Source: Candidatus Limnocylindrales bacterium
GTDB taxonomy: Bacteria > Moduliflexota > Moduliflexia > Moduliflexales > JAUQPW01
Direction: 5' to 3'
NCBI GenBank assembly: GCA_035559535.1
Contig: DATMBG010000022.1
Location: 62,001 to 126,000, forward strand
DNA length: 64,000 nt
Shown: positions 1-8,086 of the stretch, one piece after another
Position numbering within the stretch: position 1 is the stretch's first letter
How the letters are laid out: the number at the start of each line of letters is the position of its first letter
Made by a program: the position numbers and the translations under genes
Notes under the pieces: model-generated
Told to the model about the DNA's origin: nothing
Seen by the model: only the letters and a program-made list of their open reading frames with translations
Database searches by the model: none

Positions 1-84
1 GAAACAGGAGGGAGAATCTCTCCCAATTACTAAAAAACCTTACCCTCTAAAGCACCCAGACTTTCCCCTTTATTAAGTTTGAGG

Positions 85-112
85 GTAGAGCCACAACAGC
101 TATGCCCTCTAC
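85..112. repeat. GTAG-type REP-like hairpin
   Basis: gtagag-ccacaacagctatgcc-ctctac; 6-bp arms starting GTAG. Confidence 0.4.
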
Positions 113-271
113 GGTTTGTGCGGAGTCTTAATGTGGAAAGGGTATCAGACCGATTAATACCAACTATTATATGAACAGTTCTATAGATTTCAAGTATTTT
201 TTTGATTCGATGATATTCCCTTCAAAACATTTGCCATTTACCTCTAATCGGTAACTTCTACATTTTCTTCC

Positions 272-300
272 TTGACAACTCTATAAAATCCGTCTAACAT
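272..300 (+). promoter_or_regulatory. sigma70-type promoter for the secretin gene
   Basis: TTGACA-N17-TAACAT about 60 nt upstream of the ORF at 360. Confidence 0.55.
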
Positions 301-359
301 AAGGTTTTTATAAAGTAAGAACTGAATCATCCCGAAAAGGACTTAGAGTATAGATTCTT

Positions 360-2852
360 ATGCCAACATTGGAAATGAACGTGAAAAAACTAATCCTTTT
401 AACACTGCTCCTTTCCTTAAGTACTTCTTGTACTACAAAATCTCAAAAAGTACCCCAAACTTCCTTACCTGCCAGGGAAAAAACTTCTGCCTCTTCTCCG
501 CAAGTTTCTTCATCAACTCCTTCAAAATCAAATCCCGAAACTCCCCATGGAATTCCGGCGGCTCTTTCTCAATTGGATCCGGAACAACTTTCAGCAACTC
601 TAAAGAACCCTACAGAAAATAAAGAACCCTCCCTCCTATTGTCTGAAGCTTCCCAATCTCCCCGACCTTCTCCGGCAGATCGGATGAAACCTAAAATAAA
701 ACAGTTAGAGACCCCTGAAGTTCCTCCTCCAGTTGAACCCTTTCCTTCTCCCCAACCGGCTCAACCCCAACCGGCTCAACTCCAACCGGCCCAACCCCAA
801 CCGGCTTCCCCATCCGAAGCAGCTAAAAAAGAAGCAGGTACTGTAGAGGATCGGGGGGTAGCTTTTAATTTTGACAATGTAGACATTAAAGACTTTATCG
901 ATACGGTCAGTGAACTTACTGGTCAGAATTTTATCTTATCTCCTGGTGTGAGTGGAAAAGTCAGTATTATAACTACGGGACGTATTCCCAGGGAAGATGT
1001 TTTTAATGTTTTGGAGTCTGTGTTGGAGGTAAATAATCTTACGGTAGTTAAATCGGGACAGTTTTATAAAGTTGTACCTATTGCCATAGCCCGGCAGAAA
1101 ACAATCCCGGTAGAGACAGGGAAAGAGGTCAAGGACGGAGATCGGGTCGTTACCCATATCGTTCGTTTAAAGTACATCTCACCTGCCGAAGCTATGAACG
1201 TCTTGGGACCTTTTATCTCCCAGACCTCTGGTAATCTTCATCCCTATCCCAAAGCTAACATCCTTATCATTACAGACTTAGCCTCTAATGTTCGGAGATT
1301 ACTGGATATTCTGGAACAGATCGATGTAAATATTTACGAGAGACTTCAAATTGAGATTTTCTATATCCGGAATGTGACGCTAGAAGATTTGGTTAAAGAG
1401 TTGGAACAAATTTTATCGGCTATTCCAGATGGAGCCGCTGCAGCCGGACAGGGGGGAATGGTCACCAAATTTGTTCCTATAGCTCGATATAATGCGCTCA
1501 TGCTTATTACTTCTTCTCCAAAAGTAACCCAGTTGGTGAGGGAATGGATTAAAATTCTGGATCAACCGGCTAAAGAAGTGGCTCGTCGTAATTATATCTA
1601 TTACGTAAAACATTCGAAGGCTGCTGATCTGGCCAAAGTTCTGGAAGAGCTTTATCGAGGGAAAGCCGGAGAGCGGGCCACCGTTACGACAGCGCCCACG
1701 ACCACCCAGAGAAGGGAGGAACGGCCTACCCCGCGATCGGCGGTACAACCTCCGGGTACCCAACCCGGTCAGCCCGGGCAACCTCCCCGTACACCCCAAC
1801 CGGGGCAACCTTCGGTTCCTACCGAGGGCCAGCCTTCCGCTGTACGAGAGGGAGAGGTCTTGATTGTAGCAGATGAGCTAACGAATTCTTTAATCATTCG
1901 TACCTCTCCGGCCCAATACCAGGCGATTAAAGAACTTCTCGATGAACTGGACCTCAGGCCGCCTCAGGTTTTAATAGAAACCCTCATTGTCGAAGTTAGC
2001 CTGGATAAAAGTACCCTCTTCGGCATTCAAGGAACTCTTCTGGGCCAGAACCAACTGACCATAGGGGGAGAAACCAATTCTTTTCAATCCCAGAGTCGAA
2101 CGGTATTCCCGGATGTAACTTCCTCCAATACAGGTTTTACCTATGTTCTCGAAGCCGCCGGAAGGCTTGCAGCCCAATTACGGACCCTGGCTACAGAGAA
2201 CAGGGTTAAAGTTTTATCGAATCCCCATATCCTGGTACGGAATAATGAGAAGGCCACGATTCAGGTGGGTGAGGAAATACCTATTTTGTCGGGAGTTTCT
2301 ACCGTTCCTACCACGGGGGCTGAAGGGACTGTGACCAATCAATTCATTAATTCGGTTCAGTATCGAGACATAGGGATTATTTTACGGGTAACTCCCCGTA
2401 TCAATAAAGAAGGTGCCGTGGTATTGGATATCGAGCAGGAGGTCAGTAATGTGCAATCTGCTTCTTTTGGAGATACACGATCCCCTTCCTTCGGAAAACG
2501 TAATTCATCGACTTCTGTAGTGGCTCAGAATGGACAAACTCTTATTATCGGAGGGCTCATCCGGGAGAATCGAAATCGTAACGAGCAGGGGGTTCCCGGA
2601 GTGTCCCGAATCCCTCTATTGGGAAGATTATTCAAAAGTGAAAATGCTTCTTTTAGTAAAACCGAATTGCTTATTTTGGTTACTCCTCAAGTACTCGACA
2701 CCGTCCGGGATGGAGATAAAATGACCTATGAATTTTCACAAAAGATCCAGGCCCTTCAGAAGTTTTTTGATAAAAGCAACGAGAATGATTTAGCTAAAAT
2801 CCTTAATTTCTTAAAATTGAAAAACGAAACTTCACAGACTCCTGTACAATGA
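360..2852 (+). CDS. gspD: Type II secretion secretin (GspD/PulD family), lipoprotein, with Pro/Gln-rich linkers
   Basis: Lipobox LSTSC; N0 domain FNFDNVDIKDFIDTVSELTGQNFI; repeated N domains; secretin core QVLIETLIVEV...VLSNPHILVRNNEKATIQVG...GVPGVSRIPLLGRLF...KTELLILVTP; PAQPQ repeats near 752-808. Confidence 0.92.
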   Translation: MPTLEMNVKKLILLTLLLSLSTSCTTKSQKVPQTSLPAREKTSASSPQVSSSTPSKSNPETPHGIPAALSQLDPEQLSATLKNPTENKEPSLLLSEASQSPRPSPADRMKPKIKQLETPEVPPPVEPFPSPQPAQPQPAQLQPAQPQPASPSEAAKKEAGTVEDRGVAFNFDNVDIKDFIDTVSELTGQNFILSPGVSGKVSIITTGRIPREDVFNVLESVLEVNNLTVVKSGQFYKVVPIAIARQKTIPVETGKEVKDGDRVVTHIVRLKYISPAEAMNVLGPFISQTSGNLHPYPKANILIITDLASNVRRLLDILEQIDVNIYERLQIEIFYIRNVTLEDLVKELEQILSAIPDGAAAAGQGGMVTKFVPIARYNALMLITSSPKVTQLVREWIKILDQPAKEVARRNYIYYVKHSKAADLAKVLEELYRGKAGERATVTTAPTTTQRREERPTPRSAVQPPGTQPGQPGQPPRTPQPGQPSVPTEGQPSAVREGEVLIVADELTNSLIIRTSPAQYQAIKELLDELDLRPPQVLIETLIVEVSLDKSTLFGIQGTLLGQNQLTIGGETNSFQSQSRTVFPDVTSSNTGFTYVLEAAGRLAAQLRTLATENRVKVLSNPHILVRNNEKATIQVGEEIPILSGVSTVPTTGAEGTVTNQFINSVQYRDIGIILRVTPRINKEGAVVLDIEQEVSNVQSASFGDTRSPSFGKRNSSTSVVAQNGQTLIIGGLIRENRNRNEQGVPGVSRIPLLGRLFKSENASFSKTELLILVTPQVLDTVRDGDKMTYEFSQKIQALQKFFDKSNENDLAKILNFLKLKNETSQTPVQ

Positions 2853-2897
2853 TATTTTATATCCAACGGTATTTCATAACATAACCTGTCATTGTAA

Positions 2898-3081
2898 GGT
2901 ATCCGTATCAATTTAGTAGGTTAAACGTCTCGTTTGACTTTAGGTAGAAAAAGAAACACCCCCCTGACCCCCCTCCAGGGGGGACTGACATAGGGTTGCT
3001 GCTGATGAAGTCCTCCCTGGAGGGGGGTCAGGGGGGTAGTCAGACAGAAAAAGTAACCCCTACTAAATTGTTACAGTTACC
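2898..3081. mobile_element. MITE-like element, family A copy 1
   Basis: 23-bp imperfect terminal inverted repeats (ggtatccgtatcaatttagtagg / cctactaaattgttacagttacc) and a 28-bp internal G/C hairpin (2959-2986 / 3009-3036); related copies at 7766 and 43891. Confidence 0.7.
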
Positions 3082-3151
3082 ATTGGCGTTCCCTTGAGGG
3101 ATCCAGGAGCCTGCATATTTTATACGTTTAATTACAAATCTGTGTTAGAAG

Positions 3152-3787
3152 ATGTTTAGAAAATTACTCCTTTACCTTTGTTTATTGGTTCTTGCTTCCA
3201 AACTCCTGATGGGTTGTGGAAAACCGGGTGGGAAAAATAACTTTACCTCTTCCCAGGTAACCGTGGTTTCCATTACCGATACATCCGGCAAGGTTCCTCT
3301 TCAATCCGATGTAGTGACCAATGGCTTTCTAACCGATGACGTAGCCACCGTCACCGTCCGAAGTCAGTCCGTGGATCAGAATGGTCCCACAACGCCCTTT
3401 GAACCGGGTCCTTTGGACAATATCGTTCTCAACCAGTATCGGGTTGATTATTTTCGTACCGATGGGGGTGCGGTTCCGGCTTCGTTTAATGGAACCATGA
3501 ATCTCTTTCTGGCTCCCAACACCGAAGCCTCCACCAATATCGTTATTGTAAGGGCTTTTGATAAGAACCGCTCTCCACTGGTAGAATTGAGAGAGGGAGG
3601 GGAAATTTTTGCGACGGTAACCATTACTTTATTTGGAGAAGACGGATTTGGCAATGATATATCTACCAGCGGTTCAATTAATGTTTCCTTTGGTAATTTC
3701 CCAGATCAAGGAGGGGTAGGACCTGCACCGGTTCCCACTCCAAATCCCCTTCCAACAGCCTCACCGACGGCGACTCCGACCCCTTAA
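3152..3787 (+). CDS. Hypothetical lipoprotein, beta-rich, with Pro/Thr-rich C-terminal tail
   Basis: Lipobox LLMGC; 211-aa ORF directly after the secretin. Confidence 0.7.
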   Translation: MFRKLLLYLCLLVLASKLLMGCGKPGGKNNFTSSQVTVVSITDTSGKVPLQSDVVTNGFLTDDVATVTVRSQSVDQNGPTTPFEPGPLDNIVLNQYRVDYFRTDGGAVPASFNGTMNLFLAPNTEASTNIVIVRAFDKNRSPLVELREGGEIFATVTITLFGEDGFGNDISTSGSINVSFGNFPDQGGVGPAPVPTPNPLPTASPTATPTP

Positions 3788-3812
3788 AAATTTATGAAAG
3801 ATAAAGGAGTAA

Positions 3813-4005
3813 AGTCCCGCAGGGATGGCCTGTTTATAGCTCACAACACAAACCATAGGACCCCATGCCAGAGAAACATCCAAGCTCCATAGGAGCGCTC
3901 GGTAAAGATTCCATACGCCATCGTCCTATTGGAGCTTGATGGGATGGTTATTTACACTTCCTCTGGTTGCTGTCAGGGCTTACAAACAGGTTACCTGCCT
4001 GGGCT
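3813..4005. repeat. REPIN-like nested inverted repeat
   Basis: cctgtttatagc...gcttacaaacagg outer arms and aagctccataggagcg...cgtcctattggagctt inner arms; similar layout at 53633-53720. Confidence 0.5.
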
Positions 4006-4114
4006 TCTGAAGGTTAGCCGGGTACTGAATGCTTCTCCGGGATTTTTGAGAGGGCCAGGCCCTTTAGACGGTCAAGACCTGAACTGAATTCCCTGACTTT
4101 ATTGTCTTTCCTCT

Positions 4115-4450
4115 TTAAGAGTTTGCCAGGACTTCCTCAATGGCCTGTTTAATACGTTTTTTGGGATGTGCTCCGATAAGCTGTTCAGCCACCTCGCCAT
4201 TTTTAAAGATCATCAGAGTCGGGATACTGACAATTCCATAACTTTGGGCCGTGATGGGATTATCATCCACGTTTAACTTCCCAAATTTAACCCGGCCACT
4301 GTATTCCTCACCCAATTCTTCTACAATGGGGGCCACCATTCTACAAGGTCCACACCAGGGTGCCCAGAAATCTACAAATACAGGAAGTTTCGATTCGAGA
4401 ACTTCTTCCTTAAATCGGGCATCGGTCAAGGTTACAATTTTATCACTCAT
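4115..4450 (-). CDS. trxA: Thioredoxin
   Basis: DFWAPWCGPC active site, SIPT cis-Pro motif. Confidence 0.97.
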   Translation of the reverse strand: MSDKIVTLTDARFKEEVLESKLPVFVDFWAPWCGPCRMVAPIVEELGEEYSGRVKFGKLNVDDNPITAQSYGIVSIPTLMIFKNGEVAEQLIGAHPKKRIKQAIEEVLANS

Positions 4451-4502
4451 ATCCTCCTCCTTTTAAATTAACAACGAATAACTCCCTATGGACAATTGCC
4501 GG

Positions 4503-4838
4503 TTACTTTCTTTTATATTCTGCAGTGACAATAGATTTAATTCCACCTCGAACATTAAAGTCCCCCACAACTGTCATACGAATAGGTTGACAGGCTTCGA
4601 CGAGATCATCTAAAATTTTATTGATAACATGCTCATAGAAAATCCCTTGATTTCGATAAGAAAAAAGATAAAGCTTCAGGGATTTGAGTTCAATGCATTT
4701 CTGGTCAGGGACATATTCAATTTTGATGGTCCCAAAGTCCGGTTGTCCGGTTTTTGGACATACCGAAGTAAATTCAGGACAGATCATGGAGACCGTATAT
4801 TCTCGTCCTTTGTATTGATTTTCAAAGGTTTCTAGCAT
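4503..4838 (-). CDS. queF: NADPH-dependent 7-cyano-7-deazaguanine (preQ0) reductase, short type
   Basis: PEFTSVCPKTGQPDFG and QueF motif ELKSLKLYL; FNVRGGI. Confidence 0.95.
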   Translation of the reverse strand: MLETFENQYKGREYTVSMICPEFTSVCPKTGQPDFGTIKIEYVPDQKCIELKSLKLYLFSYRNQGIFYEHVINKILDDLVEACQPIRMTVVGDFNVRGGIKSIVTAEYKRK

Positions 4839-6234
4839 GGATCAATCTCCTTATTTTTTTTACCACGTATTGAACTCCTCCGGTACGATAATAATATAAC
4901 AACTTTTTGGCATAATAGCCAAGGGGTCTGGAAAGGGTGGGATAAGCCGGAAGTTGACCCCTGAGAATTTTATCCGGCGCTTTTTCCGGCCTTTCACAAA
5001 AATGTTCCAGGGGGGCTATAATTTTTTCCCATCTGAGTTGAGGAGCTATCTGGGACAATTGGGCTTTACAGTGCTCCCGCAGCGAGGGTTCGTCTACCAT
5101 TCGAAGAATGGCCTGTTTCAACTCCTCAATATCTCCAGGACTTACCAGAAGACCCAACCGGTTATTTTCTATCCAACTGCCTAACAGATCTCCTCGGGTG
5201 GCAATAATGGGTAAACCTGCCCAAATGTAATCTAAAATTCGGGTTCTAAAAGAGAACTCGGTTTCAATAGTATGGGTATGGATACTGATCCCGATATCTG
5301 CTTCTAAAAGGTAATTCTCCCTTTCCTGGTAGGGAACCCAATCATTAAAGAAAACAAACCGGTCATATAAATTTAAACTTTTGGCCAGTTCTATAGCCTC
5401 TCGAGCCTTTTTCATCTCGGAAACTTCCAGGGAGGGATATTTAACCCCCATAAAGAAAAGTTTAATATTCTTTCGTTGTTCACAAATGCGTTTCATGGCG
5501 TAAATCAAGGTAATCGGATCAAACCAATTCCAGAGACCGCCACCCCAGAGAACTACAAAGTCGTCTTTTCCAATGGTTTTATAAACTCCCTTAAGCACCC
5601 TCCTGGAGAGTCGTGGAGGAGATGAAGGAATACCGAAAGGAACCACATCAATCAGCCGACGAAACGTTTTATCCTGCTGATAAGTTACCGGATTTAGTCG
5701 ATTAAAAGCCCCTAACATCCCGAGCCAGAAATCCCTTTGTTTTTCACTGGCACAAAGGAAAAAATCCCCATGCTGCAATTGCTGAATTTGGGTTGCTAAG
5801 CTGAAATTGTGGAGAGCCAAAGTCTCTCCTTCCTTCAGATTCGTATAAATTTCCAGGTTTTCCAGGAATACCGGATCATACAAATCGATAATGAGCGGAG
5901 CTTTTTGTTTAAGGAGGAAAGGATAGTGATAGCTCACCAGGCCTTGAAGGAGGATGGCATCTGCTTCTCTTGCAAGAAATTCCAGGGTTTTTTTTTCAGA
6001 TGGGTATAATTGGACGGTAAGAGGTAATTGAGGGAGAAGGGAGGATATTTCCAGAGTTGGGGCAGCCAGGAAGATGGAATGTTTCAAGGCAAGCTGTTTG
6101 GTAAATTCCCAATAGCGAATGGCCGGCCCGGTCATATTCGCACCGATAGAAATAGGAGAAATAATGAGGATTTTGGCCATTTCAGGTTTTTTAAACAAAA
6201 AAGCCTGAAGGGTTATAAACAATCCTTCAGGCAT
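4822..6234 (-). CDS. Glycosyltransferase family 4 (GT-B); alternative start at 6180
   Basis: MTGPAIRYWE N-terminus, LWGGGLWNWFDP, ETEFSFRTRILDYIWAGLPII. Confidence 0.85.
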   Translation of the reverse strand: MPEGLFITLQAFLFKKPEMAKILIISPISIGANMTGPAIRYWEFTKQLALKHSIFLAAPTLEISSLLPQLPLTVQLYPSEKKTLEFLAREADAILLQGLVSYHYPFLLKQKAPLIIDLYDPVFLENLEIYTNLKEGETLALHNFSLATQIQQLQHGDFFLCASEKQRDFWLGMLGAFNRLNPVTYQQDKTFRRLIDVVPFGIPSSPPRLSRRVLKGVYKTIGKDDFVVLWGGGLWNWFDPITLIYAMKRICEQRKNIKLFFMGVKYPSLEVSEMKKAREAIELAKSLNLYDRFVFFNDWVPYQERENYLLEADIGISIHTHTIETEFSFRTRILDYIWAGLPIIATRGDLLGSWIENNRLGLLVSPGDIEELKQAILRMVDEPSLREHCKAQLSQIAPQLRWEKIIAPLEHFCERPEKAPDKILRGQLPAYPTLSRPLGYYAKKLLYYYRTGGVQYVVKKIRRLIHARNL

Positions 6235-6280
6235 CCCTTAAAAAGGGTTAGTACCTCGGCGGGGGATCTTTACCCTCCTC

Positions 6281-6631
6281 TTATCTCACGCGTAAAGTCT
6301 CTGGAGTGAAAATCGTAGGGCCAGACCTCTGACCGGTAATGGTAATATCATCGGTACGTTCAATTTTAAGCTTCTCCAATTCGGCTGCCATAAGGGGAGA
6401 GTCTTGCAGGAGGATAATTTTGCCTTCTGTGGTCCTGACAACATGGAAACGGTTCTTGGCCTCTTTTTGACAGACCCCCGGCTCGAGTTTTAACTCGGTT
6501 CCTTCCAAATGTGCGCAATAGAGTTTCCCTCTGATGGTTTCTTTTTCTTCTGCTGCCATAGTTTTTCCCGCCGCAATGACTAACATGACAACTACCAGCA
6601 TCGATATAATCTGCTTAGACCTGAACACCAT
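6281..6631 (-). CDS. Small secreted protein, paralogue 3 of 3 (unknown family, possibly OB-fold)
   Basis: Signal peptide ending TMA-AEE; GxxYC...KLEPGVC...HVVRT.EG motif; SD aggagg. Confidence 0.85.
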   Translation of the reverse strand: MVFRSKQIISMLVVVMLVIAAGKTMAAEEKETIRGKLYCAHLEGTELKLEPGVCQKEAKNRFHVVRTTEGKIILLQDSPLMAAELEKLKIERTDDITITGQRSGPTIFTPETLRVR

Positions 6632-6781
6632 ACGTCACCTCCTGTATTTCCTTAAATAAAGTTAAATGAACCCTTTCACCTTATACCTTAACTCTTCTTA
6701 AACACCTACAAATAGAAAAGCCCAAAAGCACCCCTCTTCTCGGCTACTTTCAGGCTTCCTCAGGCTTTAAAAGAAAACTCC

Positions 6782-7132
6782 TTATCTTACCCGAAGAGTC
6801 TCCGGGGTAAAAACCGTAGGACCTTCTCTTTTACCCGTAATGGTTACATTTTTCTTCTGTTCTGCAGTAAGTTTCGGTAAATCTTTCAGAGCCTCGGTTT
6901 CTTGCAAGAGGATAAGCTGACCATCCGGGGTTTTGACCACATGGGCTCCATGGTCCTTACCTCCCGGGCAGACACCTGGTTCGAGTTTTACCCCATCCGC
7001 CGTCGGTAATACACAATAAACATGTCCTTGAACCACTTCTTCTTTCTTCTCCTCCGCAGCTCCGACAAGACCTGCTGTCAGCACGAGCAAAATGACTGCA
7101 AAAGCAATAATGTAGGAATTACGATAAAACAT
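6782..7132 (-). CDS. Small secreted protein, paralogue 2 of 3
   Basis: Signal peptide ending VGA-AEE; same conserved motifs; SD ggagagg. Confidence 0.85.
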   Translation of the reverse strand: MFYRNSYIIAFAVILLVLTAGLVGAAEEKKEEVVQGHVYCVLPTADGVKLEPGVCPGGKDHGAHVVKTPDGQLILLQETEALKDLPKLTAEQKKNVTITGKREGPTVFTPETLRVR

Positions 7133-7275
7133 AATTAACCCTCCCTAATTCTGTAGCAGATCCTAAAATCTTCTTATCTTCAGGATCTGTTAGGTCTTTA
7201 TAAGATGATAAACCAAAAAGCCTATCAGAAATTCTCTTCCATCCTCTCCAGGCTTTTAAGTTTATCCATTTCAAA

Positions 7276-7629
7276 CTACCTGTTGAGCCATGGCCATTTA
7301 ACGGCCTCTGGGGTAAAAGTGGTATTACCGGTCATTTTACCCTCAATGGTTACATTTTTCTTTTCTTCCGCTGTAAGCTTGGGGATATCTTTCAGGAGAG
7401 AAGACTCTTGCAAAAGAACCAACTTACCATCCTTTGTTTTAAGAACATGGGGATGGTCCCCTCCAGGGCAAACCCCCGGTTCGAGTTTTACTCCTTCAGC
7501 CGTCGGCAGGACACAATAGATATGCCCCGTAATGGACTGTTTCTCCTCCGCTGCTCGGGCGACCGTAGCTGTAAGTATCAGAAGAACCACAACTCCTACC
7601 GCTAAAGTCTGTTTAAAACCAAACATCAT
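7276..7629 (-). CDS. Small secreted protein, paralogue 1 of 3
   Basis: Signal peptide ending ARA-AEE; same conserved motifs; SD ggagg. Confidence 0.85.
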   Translation of the reverse strand: MMFGFKQTLAVGVVVLLILTATVARAAEEKQSITGHIYCVLPTAEGVKLEPGVCPGGDHPHVLKTKDGKLVLLQESSLLKDIPKLTAEEKKNVTIEGKMTGNTTFTPEAVKWPWLNR

Positions 7630-7721
7630 GATTTATACCTCCGATTTAGACCCAGATAAGTCATGATAGGGTGAAGGATTTACCTTCTATAACATCTTTA
7701 TTTACTTACTTTACAAGTACT

Positions 7722-7750
7722 AGACTACGCTGAAGATTTCTACCTGTCAA
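7722..7750 (-). promoter_or_regulatory. sigma70-type promoter for the paralogue triplet
   Basis: Minus strand TTGACA-N17-TAGTCT. Confidence 0.5.
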
Positions 7751-7765
7751 GTCAAAATTTTTTAC

Positions 7766-7985
7766 GGTAACTATACCAATTTAGTAGGTGTCACTTTTTC
7801 TGTCTGAACACCCTCCCATCCTCCCCCTCCAGGGGGGGGGGGACTAACAGAGGGTTGCTGCTACTGAATCCCCCTCCCAAGTTGGGAGAGAAGGATGGGG
7901 CGTGAGGGAGGTGTTTCTTCTTCTACCTACTAAACGGTCATGACCTGTTAGGTCGCCACAAAGCGTGAAAATCGTATGGGTACAG
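7766..7985. mobile_element. MITE-like element, family A copy 2 (flanks inverted relative to copy 1)
   Basis: 7766-7807 is the near-exact reverse complement of 3040-3081; 7911-7977 is the near reverse complement of 43924-43989. Confidence 0.7.
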
Positions 7986-8086
7986 ATTTTTTTATCACCG
8001 GGATGAGCCTTTGTAACCCAAGGATATGGGCAGTACCTGGGGGACAAAACCAGGCATCTGCCCATTTTACGCTTTAGAGATAATTT

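Noticed and set aside
4838-4950. preQ1 riboswitch upstream of queF
   Set aside because: Region is coding sequence of the overlapping GT4 gene; no aptamer motif recognised
7844-8065. 73-aa ORF (also 43874..44092 and 22773..22970)
   Set aside because: Lie within MITE or repeat elements; no coding features
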